In this document: in pieces, positions 40,975 to 50,402 of the stretch
How positions within the stretch are numbered: position 1 is the stretch's first letter
Layout of the letters: every line of letters starts with the position of its first letter
Source: Candidatus Poribacteria bacterium
GTDB taxonomy: Bacteria > Poribacteria > WGA-4E > WGA-3G
Assembly (NCBI GenBank): GCA_965214095.1
Contig: OZ243938.1
Span: 1,632,001 to 1,696,000 of the forward strand
Direction of reading: 5' to 3'
Length of the DNA: 64,000 nt
Program-made: the position numbers and the translations under genes
Notes under the pieces: model-generated
Told to the model about the DNA's origin: nothing
The model's database searches: none
What the model saw: only the letters and a program-made list of their open reading frames with translations

Positions 40975-42195
40975 TCAATACCGATCTGGATACCAAAAGA
41001 GAACGTCACGTTTCGGAAACAACACACTTAGAAAGGCAGAGACTTCATCAGAAACTGACACATCTGCTTTTATCTCCTCCCATCCGATTTCACCGAACAG
41101 CAGTTGCCAAAAATCTTCCGCACGCATTTCTAATTGATCAACATCATGTGCATCGTTCAAAATTTGAATAGTGGTGTTACCATCGTATCGTAATACTGGC
41201 TGTTGATTGTTCACAACTGGAAATTTCACAGCGAGTGATGGAAACGATTGTTCCGCTTCAGCAATTGCTGCTTCCCAGCCAACAACAAGACGACGTAGCA
41301 GAGTAGGTAAGCAGACAGCATAGAGCATCATCGTAGTATCTGTGAACTTTGTAACTTCATCTTGGCACCTTGAGATAAGCTGCGCCACAAGCGGATGTTT
41401 CGGTGAGAAAATGCCATGCATCTCTTCAATCTGTTCTGTTTCACAGACTTGCATAAGATAGGATAGCAATGTATCCAAAACTTCAGGTGTGTCGGGTTTG
41501 TAACCAACTTCAAGCACTTCAACAGATTCCTCATGACTATTGTAGTTTAGATATCCGCATAAGTTTCCATTTCGGTGTGCGATCACAGTGGGGAGGATTC
41601 CACGAATTCGGGAGGGTTCCATATCCCAATATGCTCGGGTACGCGAAAGCGTTCCGCTCTGTTGTGCATTAGATAGGTCGTGTATTGATGCGATGGTATC
41701 TATATCGGTTTCTAAATTGAAAGCACGCACCTGAAAGTGAGATTGACTTTCTGCTAAAGTGGCAGATTTGCATTTTATCTGAAACCCGTGGAGAGGCAAG
41801 GATGTCCATCCAAGTCTGCGGTAAAATTCCTCTGGTATGATAGTGAAAAGCACGCCGATGTCACAACCTGCTTTCTTGAGATAGTCTATTGTTTGCCGCA
41901 TGAGTGCGGAAGCATAGCCGACACCCCGATATTTTTCGTGTGTGCAGACACCGCCGATTCCACCCATCGTTACAAGTGACGCACCGATTCTAATTCTCCG
42001 TTCCCAGACGCGCAACGTTGAAACGACCATATCATTCACAACAACGACTCGGGTTTGTGCGAGCCTGTAGCTGCTATCGCCGCGGAGATACTGCCAGTAA
42101 CGTTCATGTTGGTTCGGGTTGAACGCTTGGCAGTTGAGTTCTACGACCTGTTCTAATTCTGATTCGCGTGCTGCTCTGATTTCCATATTTCTCAA
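40975..42195 (-). CDS. GNAT acetyltransferase (Eis-like)
   Basis: GIGGVCTHEKYRGVGYASALM, FYRRLGW; Eis-like length. Confidence 0.85.
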   Translation of the reverse strand: MRNMEIRAARESELEQVVELNCQAFNPNQHERYWQYLRGDSSYRLAQTRVVVVNDMVVSTLRVWERRIRIGASLVTMGGIGGVCTHEKYRGVGYASALMRQTIDYLKKAGCDIGVLFTIIPEEFYRRLGWTSLPLHGFQIKCKSATLAESQSHFQVRAFNLETDIDTIASIHDLSNAQQSGTLSRTRAYWDMEPSRIRGILPTVIAHRNGNLCGYLNYNSHEESVEVLEVGYKPDTPEVLDTLLSYLMQVCETEQIEEMHGIFSPKHPLVAQLISRCQDEVTKFTDTTMMLYAVCLPTLLRRLVVGWEAAIAEAEQSFPSLAVKFPVVNNQQPVLRYDGNTTIQILNDAHDVDQLEMRAEDFWQLLFGEIGWEEIKADVSVSDEVSAFLSVLFPKRDVLFWYPDRY

Positions 42196-42203
42196 ACACC
42201 GAT

Positions 42204-43253
42204 TTACTTCATTGTAAAGATAACACCTAATGCTTCCTCTGGGGTTTCTATCAATTTATCGCATGCATCGGATGCTTGGTCAATTGGCACTATGTCTGTG
42301 ATAATATGTTCTAAGTTGACTTTGCCTTCCGATATTAATCTGAGTGATAGTTCTAAGTTGCGTTGTGTTGGCCACGGGACTAACACGGGTGGATAATCTG
42401 CACCGTGTTCATAATCTTCATCGTGGTAGCCTGGACCGGTACGTGCTGCACTGATAACATCCACGTTTCCAAGTCCTGCCGCGAAACCGTGTGTAATGCT
42501 TGCCCCACCCACAATAACAATCCGTCCCATTCTGTGTGTATCTGGAGCAAGTTTTAACATTGAGCGAATTTGCTGGAACGCACTCGTGGCATCTCCACCG
42601 AAGGCGATAATACCACAGTCCATCCCGTATCCGTTGGTGAAATCCTGTGAGATCGGAATCGGGTCAGTTTCTGAAACATTTATTGCGCGACCTATACCAG
42701 ATTTTTCAGCAATTTTTAACCTTAACGGAAGTTTGTCCAACCCGATTACATAAGCACCGGCAGTTTTTGCAACCTGACTTGCCAATTGTCCAAGCATCCC
42801 TAATCCAGCAATGACAACGTTTTCACCGATGCGAATCCGTCCACGCTGTACTGCGTGGAGTGCTGTAGCAGTGAGGTGAACAGATGCCGCCGCCTCATAT
42901 TTGACGTCTTTTGGTATTTTGGCACAGAGGTTGTGCGGCACACATGCATACGTTGCATGGAGTGCGTATCCACCACCCATTCCTGCTACTCTGTCACCGA
43001 TTTCAAATTCATCACAGTCTCCCTCTTTGCCGATGACAATACCCGCGTTGGTATATCCGAATGGACGTTTTTGTGTTGGGTCTCCTGGGTTTTCGCGTCT
43101 CCGTTTCATACCACCGAGTTCTGTGCCTGGACTAACCATAGATGCGTGGACTTCAATTAGTAGTTGACCGGGTTTCGGTGCAGGTGTTTCCTGTTCTTCT
43201 GTTGAGACACGTCCTGCGTCACTTCTCATCACAACTTTTCTTGTTTTGCTCAT
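42204..43253 (-). CDS. Zinc-binding dehydrogenase (MDR superfamily)
   Basis: SPGTE, GYTNAG, IAGLGMLGQ; ATG at 43253. Confidence 0.88.
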   Translation of the reverse strand: MSKTRKVVMRSDAGRVSTEEQETPAPKPGQLLIEVHASMVSPGTELGGMKRRRENPGDPTQKRPFGYTNAGIVIGKEGDCDEFEIGDRVAGMGGGYALHATYACVPHNLCAKIPKDVKYEAAASVHLTATALHAVQRGRIRIGENVVIAGLGMLGQLASQVAKTAGAYVIGLDKLPLRLKIAEKSGIGRAINVSETDPIPISQDFTNGYGMDCGIIAFGGDATSAFQQIRSMLKLAPDTHRMGRIVIVGGASITHGFAAGLGNVDVISAARTGPGYHDEDYEHGADYPPVLVPWPTQRNLELSLRLISEGKVNLEHIITDIVPIDQASDACDKLIETPEEALGVIFTMK

Positions 43254-43680
43254 ATAGGCTTCCTTTGATGATTTATTTGATGTTGTTCGTATTTTAATCA
43301 AAATCAGTTTTGTTGTCAATCTATAGTCTATTCATAATCCATTGCAGTCAGTGCCAAAACATTACACACCCTCAATTAGTTTTTATTTGCATAAAATCAG
43401 CAATTTGTAGTATAATAATTGATAATTATCAAAATAATTACTGAAATTGTTCTATTTGAAATCTAATTTGACTTGACAACGTTTTTACATTAGTATAAAC
43501 TAAATTGTTAAGTATACAACCACGTTTGAGCGATTCGCCTTAATACATATAGCGACAACAAATATTTGTTAATGTGTCCATAGATTTCCGGTGAACCCTC
43601 TCCTCAAACAAGAAATTTGATTAATACCGAAAGGTAGAGAAAACGTCACAAAAAGTAAATGAATTAGTAAGGAGTGTTTT

Positions 43681-46029
43681 ATGAATAATCAGCTTTTGAA
43701 CAGGAAATTGTTATTTTCCTTGATGGCTGTAATAATGTGTTTGGGATTCACAGCACTGAGTTACGGTGCAGCCACCGTATCTGTTGATCCCGCTACTGTT
43801 GAGTCTCCCGCTGTCGGTGAACAACTCACTATAAATATTAATATTGCTGGTGGTGCTGGTGTGGGCGGTTTCCAAGCAACCGTCAATTATGACAATACTG
43901 CGCTTAGTTATGTTTCCGCTGCAAAAGGAGCTTATATTCCTGGAGATATACTTGCAGGAACATTTTTCCCAGTTATACGACCAGGTGATTCTCTTGTCGT
44001 CATTGGTGGAACGTCTGTTGGTGCAGGAACTGCAGATGGTGATGGAACGCTTGCTACGGTAACCTTTGAGGTGCTTGAGGTAAAAGCGTCATCTATCACT
44101 CTGTCAGACGTTATCGTTTCTGATGCTGCTGGAGCGAACTTAGAAGCCACAACTGCAGACGGCGCGGTTACTGTACCTACTCCAGAAGAGGAAACCACTG
44201 AAGAAACTACAGAGGAAACCACTGAAGAGACTACAGAAGAAACCACTGAAGAAACTACAGAAGAAACCACTGAAGAAACTACAGAGGAAACCACTGAAGA
44301 AACTACTACAGAGGAAACCACTGAAGAGACTACAGAGGAAACCACTGAAGAGACTACAGAGGAAACCACTGAAGAAACTACAGAGGAAACCACTGAAGAA
44401 ACTACAGAGGAAACCGTTGTAGCAGAACCTGTTATCCCCGATCCACAAGTGTTCGCTATTACCCTCACCAACCTAACAGAAGGTGAACCGGGAATGGGTG
44501 GACAGATCTTCTCACCTCCAATCTTTGCAGCACATCCTGCTGCTAAACTCTTTGAAGTTGGTATGCCCGCGTCCCCAGCACTTGTCCTGCTCGCTGAAGG
44601 TGGAGACACCTCAGGCCTTGCCGCACTCGCAGCAGCTGTTGGAGCAACTCCTGTCATGGGAGAAGGTATGGTTCTACCCGGTGCATCCGTTACCGTTATG
44701 GTTTCAGCAGATGCGATGAACTCTGCACTTTCACTCGCAACAATGTTGGTCTCAACAAATGATGCATTTATTGGAACTACTGACTTAGCCTTGTATGATG
44801 AAATGGGAATGCCTATTAACACAACATTATATCTAAGGTCTTACGATGCTGGTAGTGAACAGAATACGGAACGTGGTACAGATATTCCTGGTCCAGTTGG
44901 TCTGCCTGCAGATGAAGACCCGATGGGGTCTAATGCACGTGTTCCCACTGAAGGTGGCGTAATCACACCGCACCCTGGAATCCAAGGTGTAGGTGATGTC
45001 TTACCATCATTTGCATGGGAAGAACCCACAGCGATGGTTACAATTGCACCTTATGTGCCAGAACCACCACCAGAACCACCACCCGTATTGCCTACTTATG
45101 ATGTCAAACTCGCAGCGGGACTAAACATGATCTCTGTTCCGTTGATGCCGACAGAACCCTACACAGCAAAATCTCTTGCAGAAATGTTAGGTTCAACGGT
45201 TGTCATCAGGTTAGATGCCTATTCACAGACTTTTGATGGTTATGTCGTTGTTGATGATGATGATGGCTTCGCAATAGAAGGTGGCAAAGGTTATATCGTC
45301 AATACACCGGCAGGTGGAACGGTAACATTTAGTGGTAATGCATGGTCTAATGAACCGGCAGATATGCCGATGCATGAAGGCACAATGGATGAAGCCGCTG
45401 CTGCACCTAAGATTACTACTTCAAGTGCTTGGGCATTTATCGTTACAAGTAACTTGCAGGAGAAAGTAAGTGGTGCTACCTACACAATGGTTGGCAAAAA
45501 CCTCCGCACTGGTGTAGTTTCAACCAAAACAGTTACCAGTGAAGATGGATATGTTTCGGCTGTTTGGGCAGATCTGAGCGAGAAGAGCGTCGTGCAAGCT
45601 GGAGATAAAATTGAGATCTCTGTTCTTGACGAAGATGGCACTGTTGTGTCCGGTCCGTTTGAACGCACAGTCCAAAGCACAGATATTCACAACGCATATA
45701 TGGATGTGGAAATGCGTGTTGGCGATGTACGTCCAAAAGATAGTATTCTTGGACAGAACTTCCCCAATCCGTTCAATCCTGAAACTTGGATTCCATATCA
45801 GTTGAGCAGTGATTCCAATGTTATGATTACGATCTATGATGTTTCTGGTCATACAGTTCGTGAATTAAACTTGGGTCATAAGTCAACGGGTTCGTATATG
45901 ACGAATTCATCAGCGGCCTATTGGGATGGTAAGAATGAAACGGGTGAACATGTTTCGAGCGGTATCTATTTCTATTCGCTCCAAACAGCGACTTTCTCCG
46001 CGACCCGTCGCATGGTCATACTCAAGTAG
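43681..46029 (+). CDS. Secreted cohesin + EETT linker + Spondin_N + FlgD-Ig/T9SS-like C-terminal domain protein
   Basis: Signal peptide; cohesin (GFQATVNYDNTAL..GDGTLATVTFEV); spondin (QIFSPPIFAAH..LAEGGD..TNDAF..YDAGSE); NFPNPFNPETWIPY..WDG..SGIYFY. Confidence 0.85.
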   Translation: MNNQLLNRKLLFSLMAVIMCLGFTALSYGAATVSVDPATVESPAVGEQLTININIAGGAGVGGFQATVNYDNTALSYVSAAKGAYIPGDILAGTFFPVIRPGDSLVVIGGTSVGAGTADGDGTLATVTFEVLEVKASSITLSDVIVSDAAGANLEATTADGAVTVPTPEEETTEETTEETTEETTEETTEETTEETTEETTEETTEETTTEETTEETTEETTEETTEETTEETTEETTEETTEETVVAEPVIPDPQVFAITLTNLTEGEPGMGGQIFSPPIFAAHPAAKLFEVGMPASPALVLLAEGGDTSGLAALAAAVGATPVMGEGMVLPGASVTVMVSADAMNSALSLATMLVSTNDAFIGTTDLALYDEMGMPINTTLYLRSYDAGSEQNTERGTDIPGPVGLPADEDPMGSNARVPTEGGVITPHPGIQGVGDVLPSFAWEEPTAMVTIAPYVPEPPPEPPPVLPTYDVKLAAGLNMISVPLMPTEPYTAKSLAEMLGSTVVIRLDAYSQTFDGYVVVDDDDGFAIEGGKGYIVNTPAGGTVTFSGNAWSNEPADMPMHEGTMDEAAAAPKITTSSAWAFIVTSNLQEKVSGATYTMVGKNLRTGVVSTKTVTSEDGYVSAVWADLSEKSVVQAGDKIEISVLDEDGTVVSGPFERTVQSTDIHNAYMDVEMRVGDVRPKDSILGQNFPNPFNPETWIPYQLSSDSNVMITIYDVSGHTVRELNLGHKSTGSYMTNSSAAYWDGKNETGEHVSSGIYFYSLQTATFSATRRMVILK
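44185..44415 (+). repeat. Coding tandem repeat, (EETT)n acidic/Thr linker
   Basis: About 18 EETT units made of alternating GARGAAACCACT / GAAGARACTACA 12-mers. Confidence 0.95.
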
Positions 46030-46053
46030 ATTTCATAACTAAAACTGAATAAC

Positions 46054-46126
46054 AAAAAACGCCCCGACTGCCGGTTTTCCGACCGCGAATCAATTTGATT
46101 AGCGTCGGCGGCGGGGGCGTTTTTTC
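46054..46126. terminator. Long GC-rich intergenic hairpin with A- and T-tracts
   Basis: AAAAAACGCCCC...GGGGCGTTTTTT with nested internal stems. Confidence 0.7.
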
Positions 46127-46149
46127 ATGTTATTATGAGGGAGGTACTT

Positions 46150-49100
46150 TTGAATAAACGAAACAAGACATTTTTTCTTTGTAGCATGCTTGTACTCTTG
46201 TGTGTAGCAAGCAGTAGTAGTGTATTTGCCTTTTCTTCTAATCCACCAGATGAACTGACTGGTGCTCCAAATGAAGGGAACTGTACGCAATGTCATACAG
46301 GTAATGACTTGAATGTTGTGGGTGGGTCATTGATGTTAACAGTGCCTGGTGTCTATACTCCCGGCATGGAATACGATATTGTTGTTGAATTAGCACGTGC
46401 AGGACAGAGTCGGTGGGGATTTCAGATTACCGCGCAGGATAGCAAAAATGTGCGCGCAGGTACCTTCGCCACTTCGGATACAAATACTCGATTAGAAAAA
46501 GCGAACAGTAAACAATATATTGAACATACATCCGTAGGAACTGCTGCAGGTACAAGAAACTCAAACAGTTGGACATTTAAATGGACTGCTCCATCCAATG
46601 ATGTTGGACCGATTACGTTTTATGCAGCTGGGAATGCAGCGAATAATGCTAATGGTGCTTTGGGTGATTATATCTATACACAGAGAGCAACATCAGATTC
46701 CATTGCTTATGGCGTTTCATTAGCTGGCGTTGGTTCATTGAATAAAACTGTAAATACGGGGATAGAGACAAGATATACTCTCACAGTAAAGAACACTGGT
46801 AATTCAAGAGATACAATAAGTTTGTCTACTTCTGGAATTGCTTCAGCAAGTTTAAACCAGTCATCTGTTACACTTGACGCGGAAACTTCTGCCAACGTGA
46901 CTTTGACAATTCCCGGTTCAGCCTTAACGAGTGCAGGAGAATATAAGGCTACGGTCACTGCCTCGTCACAAGGGGATAGTTCAAAATCTGCTGAAGTTAT
47001 AACTACTACAACTATTCTTCCTGCATACAGTGTTAGTTTAGCAGGCGAAGGTAGCTTAACAAGGCAGACAACAGATGCAAGTAATGGTGTGCGTTATACG
47101 GTCAAAGTCACCAACGATGGCAATACAACTGACACGATACGTTTATCTACTTCAGGTGATGCTTCAGCAACAATAAGTCCGAGTCCTGTCACACTTAGTG
47201 CAGGTGCTTCAAGAAACCTATCATTGACAGTTTCTGACAGTAAACTCGTACAAGCGGGTGAATACAAAGTAAAAGTTACAGCTACATCGCAAAATGACAG
47301 TTCAAAAACTGCTGAAATTACTACCACTACAACTATTTTGCCTGTCTACGATATTGCGATTGAAGGTGTCGATGAACTGACGACTGAAACTGCAGATGCA
47401 AGTGACGGTGTAAGTTATGCACTCAAAATAACTAACAACGGAAATACGGATGATGTAATTGATTTAGCAACATCCGGCACTGCAGCCACGTTAAGTCAAG
47501 AGTCTGTTTCGCTTACATCAGGTGCTTCAGCAGAAGTAATGTTGACGATTTCAGGTGATGTGCTTGCTTTAGCAGATACATATCAAGTCAAGGTTACTGC
47601 TACTTCGCAAGGGGATGATACCCAAACCGTTGAAATCACAACGACTACGACTATCCTGCCTGTCTACGACATATCATTAGAAGGTGTCGGTGAACTGACA
47701 ACTGAAACTGCAGATGCAAGTGATGGTGTAAGTTATACGTTGAAAGTTACAAACAACGGAAATACGGAGGATACGATTGATTTGACAATATCCGGCACTG
47801 CAGCAATGTTAAGTCAAGAGTCTGTTTCGCTTGCATCGGGTGCTTCAGCAGATGTGATGTTGACGATTTCTGGTGATGTGCTTGCTTTGGCAGATAGTTA
47901 TGAAGTCAAGGTCACTGCTACTTCACAAGGTGATGCTACAAATACTGCTGAAATCACAACGACGACGACTATTTTGCCTGTCTTTGACATATCATTAGAA
48001 GGTGTCGGTGACTTGACAACTGAAACTACAGACGCAAGTGACGGTGTGAGTTATACGCTGAAAGTCACAAACAATGGAAATACGAATGATACGATTGACT
48101 TAGCAACATCAGGCACTGCAGCAACATTGAGTCAAGCGTCTGTTTCGCTTGCGTCAGGTGCTTCCACAGAAGTAATGTTGACGATTTCGGGTGATGTGCT
48201 TGCCTTAGCAGATACATATCAAGTCAAGGTTACTGCTACTTCGCAAGGTGATGATACCCAAACCGTTGAAATCATAACGACAACGACTGTTCTCCCCGTA
48301 TACGGCGTGACTTTAACAAGTGATACACTCACTGGTGCAACAACGGAAGCGAATATAGGTGTAACTTATACACTCACAGTAACAAATACCGGTAATACTA
48401 ATGATACGATAGTTCTCGGTTCCTCCGCTGAAGTAGGAATCACCGGTGCTGTTCTGGGTTCGTTCAACCTGCCTAACTCTGAAGAACCTGACATGGCTCA
48501 ACTGGAAATAATGCTTGCTGCAGGGGAATCCGCAGAGGTAGCGTTTATTGCTTCTGGTGATTTGTTGACACAGCCCGGTGAATATGAAATTGTGGTTACA
48601 GCGACTTCACAAGGAGATACTACGAAGTCTGCTCAACTTACCACAACAACCACGATAACTGCTGTTCCACCGGAATACGGTGTCATGTTGCAGGGTAAAG
48701 ACGAACTCACAGGTGAGACAATGGACATCTTAACAGGTGTCACTTATACACTTATCGTTACAAATACGGGTAACACCGATGACACAATTGTTCTCAGTTC
48801 TTCAGTAGAGGTCGGAATTGAAGGTAACGTTCTCGGTTCGTTCAGCCAATCTGACGATCAAGAAATGTCCACAGCTCAGTTGCAACTTACACTTGCTGCT
48901 GGCGAAACTGTAGAAGTAGAATTCACTGCTTCTGGTGATTTCTTCACGAAGCCGGGTGAATATGAGATAATGGTTACCGCAACTTCACAAGGCGATACTA
49001 CGAAAATTGCTGAAGTTACGACCACAACTACGATTGAACCTGTGCCGTGGGATCTGAATGCTGATGGCACGGTGAATATCTTGGATCTGGTCGCGGTTGC

Positions 49101-49239
49101 TAACCAATTCGGTGAAACAGGTGAAGGACTTTCTGGTGATGTGAATATGGATGGCACGGTGAATATCTTGGATTTAGTTGCGGTTGCTAACCAATTCGGA
49201 AAATCACAAGCAGAGATTGTCCAAGCAGCTAACCAATAG
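46150..49239 (+). CDS. Secreted Reeler (choice-of-anchor V-like, CxxCH) + about 7 Ig-like repeats + C-terminal dockerin protein
   Basis: Signal peptide; TGAPNEGNCTQCH, WGFQITA, WTFKWTAP..ITFYAAGNAAN; about 106-aa repeats (Y.L.V.N.GN..D..Y.V.VTATSQGD); duplicated DxNxDGxVNILDLV. TTG start follows GGAGG (ORF track starts at 46135). Confidence 0.85.
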   Translation: MNKRNKTFFLCSMLVLLCVASSSSVFAFSSNPPDELTGAPNEGNCTQCHTGNDLNVVGGSLMLTVPGVYTPGMEYDIVVELARAGQSRWGFQITAQDSKNVRAGTFATSDTNTRLEKANSKQYIEHTSVGTAAGTRNSNSWTFKWTAPSNDVGPITFYAAGNAANNANGALGDYIYTQRATSDSIAYGVSLAGVGSLNKTVNTGIETRYTLTVKNTGNSRDTISLSTSGIASASLNQSSVTLDAETSANVTLTIPGSALTSAGEYKATVTASSQGDSSKSAEVITTTTILPAYSVSLAGEGSLTRQTTDASNGVRYTVKVTNDGNTTDTIRLSTSGDASATISPSPVTLSAGASRNLSLTVSDSKLVQAGEYKVKVTATSQNDSSKTAEITTTTTILPVYDIAIEGVDELTTETADASDGVSYALKITNNGNTDDVIDLATSGTAATLSQESVSLTSGASAEVMLTISGDVLALADTYQVKVTATSQGDDTQTVEITTTTTILPVYDISLEGVGELTTETADASDGVSYTLKVTNNGNTEDTIDLTISGTAAMLSQESVSLASGASADVMLTISGDVLALADSYEVKVTATSQGDATNTAEITTTTTILPVFDISLEGVGDLTTETTDASDGVSYTLKVTNNGNTNDTIDLATSGTAATLSQASVSLASGASTEVMLTISGDVLALADTYQVKVTATSQGDDTQTVEIITTTTVLPVYGVTLTSDTLTGATTEANIGVTYTLTVTNTGNTNDTIVLGSSAEVGITGAVLGSFNLPNSEEPDMAQLEIMLAAGESAEVAFIASGDLLTQPGEYEIVVTATSQGDTTKSAQLTTTTTITAVPPEYGVMLQGKDELTGETMDILTGVTYTLIVTNTGNTDDTIVLSSSVEVGIEGNVLGSFSQSDDQEMSTAQLQLTLAAGETVEVEFTASGDFFTKPGEYEIMVTATSQGDTTKIAEVTTTTTIEPVPWDLNADGTVNILDLVAVANQFGETGEGLSGDVNMDGTVNILDLVAVANQFGKSQAEIVQAANQ
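47338..48291 (+). repeat. Three highly similar 318-bp coding repeats (Ig-like modules)
   Basis: LPV[YF]DI.[IL]EGV..LTTET.DASDGVSY.LK begins at 47338, 47656 and 47974. Confidence 0.85.
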
Positions 49240-49305
49240 TTGTAATTTAGTAATTATCCGATGGGCGCGCATTCTTTTGCGTGCCCATACCTTATGGAGA
49301 TGAAT

Positions 49306-50373
49306 ATGGCATCAAAATATCGGGTCGGTATTATCGGATGTGGTGGAATTGCCAACGCACATGCCCGAGGATATGAAGGCGTTGAGCAAACTGAAATCGT
49401 CGCCCTTGCAGACCCTATTCAGGCTGCACTTGATAGGTTTTCAGACACCTACGGCGTTTCAAAGGAACACTGTTATTTAGACCCACGAGATATGCTGGAT
49501 AACGAAAATCTTGATATTGTCAGTATTGCGACTTGGCACAAACTTCACGCACCGATGACAATCGCAGCGTGTGCACGAGCACCAAAGGCTGTCCTCTGTG
49601 AAAAACCGATGGGTGTTAATCTGGGTGAGTGCGATGAAATGTTGATTGCTGCAAACCGAAACAGTGTCAAACTTGTTATAGGCCACCAACGTCGGTTTAA
49701 TTCCGCATGGACAGATGCACGCAATCTCATCGCTGAAGGGGCAATCGGTGAACCCCGACAGATCGTCTGCCACGGCGGACAAGGATTGTTAAATGATTGC
49801 TCACATCTCTTTGACATGATGCGATATGTCCTCGGTGATCCTGCTCCTCAATGGGTCATCGGTAACGTTGAACGCAAAACGGAACGATATGAACGGGATA
49901 TTCAGATTGAAGATCGAAGTGCGGGTATCGTCGGATTTGCGAACGGATGTATCGGTATGCTAACGCAGGAAATTGGTAGACCAAATTATCAAGGTGGGAT
50001 TGTCTACGGAACTGACGGAATAGCAGATGTGACAGAGGGACGCGTGCGTCTACTCAACAATAAGGCTACAGATTGGGAAGAACGTCCTTCTGATGGAACA
50101 AACCAGCACATTGCACAAGCACAAGAATTAGTTGAATGGATTGAAGATGGAGCGGAACACCGTGGCGAAGCAAAACATGGACGTGCTGCTGTTGAGATTA
50201 TAATGGCGATATACGAATCAGCACGTATGCACGAAGTGGTACAACTGCCGTTACGCACCCATGCAAACCCGCTTGATTTAATGATTGAAAGCGGTGATTT
50301 ACCCATTGAACGTCCGGGTAGATATGACATACGAGCGTTTTTGCTACGCGGCGAATCCATGAAACCTGAATAA
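49306..50373 (+). CDS. Gfo/Idh/MocA-family oxidoreductase
   Basis: VGIIGCGGIA, LCEKPM, GHQRRF; ATG at 49306 follows GGAG. Confidence 0.92.
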   Translation: MASKYRVGIIGCGGIANAHARGYEGVEQTEIVALADPIQAALDRFSDTYGVSKEHCYLDPRDMLDNENLDIVSIATWHKLHAPMTIAACARAPKAVLCEKPMGVNLGECDEMLIAANRNSVKLVIGHQRRFNSAWTDARNLIAEGAIGEPRQIVCHGGQGLLNDCSHLFDMMRYVLGDPAPQWVIGNVERKTERYERDIQIEDRSAGIVGFANGCIGMLTQEIGRPNYQGGIVYGTDGIADVTEGRVRLLNNKATDWEERPSDGTNQHIAQAQELVEWIEDGAEHRGEAKHGRAAVEIIMAIYESARMHEVVQLPLRTHANPLDLMIESGDLPIERPGRYDIRAFLLRGESMKPE

Positions 50374-50402
50374 TTTCCGCCTATAAATGCAAATTTAATA
50401 CC

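Noticed and set aside
43500-43680. Riboswitch upstream of the spondin gene
   Set aside because: Only a small TACC-GAAA-GGTA hairpin is visible; I recognise no aptamer consensus.
44185-44415. Possible CRISPR array
   Set aside because: The units are contiguous 12/24-bp coding repeats with no unique spacers, and there are no cas genes.
43932-44822. 296-aa antisense ORF (SSVV repeats)
   Set aside because: It is the reverse-strand shadow of the EETT repeat gene.
49261-49305. N-terminal extension of the oxidoreductase from ATG 49261
   Set aside because: That ATG lies in a palindrome (ATGGGCGCGCA..TGCGTGCCCAT, a likely terminator); the RBS supports ATG 49306.
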